The notes beneath the pieces were generated by a model. It worked only from the letters and a program-made list of their open reading frames with translations. It made no database searches and was not told the DNA's origin. From Aplysia californica (Eukaryota), in assembly GCF_000002075.1 (NCBI RefSeq), contig NW_004797277.1:2926923-2990089 (forward strand): 63,167 nucleotides of DNA, written 5' to 3'. A program made the translations under genes and the position numbers. This document shows, in pieces, positions 62,656 through 63,167 of the stretch; positions within the stretch are counted from its first letter, which is position 1; each line of letters starts with the position of its first letter.

Positions 62656-63100
62656 GTTATTGGATAAGTGACAACAGAAGAGTTTTGGAAAGTTTCATGG
62701 CCTANNNNNNNNNNNNNNNNNNNNNNNNNNNNNNNNNNNNNNNNNNNNNNNNNNNNNNNNNNNNNNNNNNNNNNNNNNNNNNNNNNNNNNNNNNNNNNNN
62801 NNNNNNNNNNNNNNNNNNNNNNNNNNNNNNNNNNNNNNNNNNNNNNNNNNNNNNNNNNNNNNNNNNNNNNNNNNNNNNNNNNNNNNNNNNNNNNNNNNNN
62901 NNNNNNNATAAGATTTTGTTATAAGCTAAGATAAAGGCTGATCATTTAAAAAGTAAAGGTGGGGTTTTTTTTCCACACAACTATGGACGCTGGTTATTTG
63001 ATTGGAGAAAATAACATAATATTTACAGTTCGCCAACGTTTCTCATATATCCATGTATAATTAGCTTTCTTATAATTTATGTACCTGAGCACACCCACGT

Positions 63101-63152
<52 letters not shown>

Positions 63153-63167
63153 AAGAGAGAGAGAGAG

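Overview
Repeat-rich animal genomic scaffold with N gaps. Intron structure and repeat content suggest a mollusc or other lophotrochozoan (inference). I reconstructed four spliced genes by hand. (1) The last five exons of ATR (+, 975-5960). (2) TPGS2 (-, 27197 to about 11192; eight exons, terminal exon not found). (3) A divergent SPT2/SPTY2D1-derived gene (+). Its large exon is present twice (39284-40645 and 41862-43259), followed by two 3' exons, and it is preceded by a tandem array of ~1.7-2 kb promoter/first-exon units. (4) The five 3' exons of a TMEM106B-like gene (-, 62113-55363). Introns carry SINEs, RTE and I/Nimb-like LINE fragments, MITEs of several superfamilies and a MADF-bearing Harbinger element. 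The most interesting signals are a ~570-bp tandem array (46.2-48.1 kb) with a conserved structured core resembling either a spliced-leader RNA gene (- strand) or a long hairpin RNA (+ strand), and the SPT2 paralogue, which has an expanded 11-aa repeat and a decayed histone-binding C-terminus. There is also good evidence that 34898-41067 is an alternative haplotype or extra copy inserted between two contigs that should abut.
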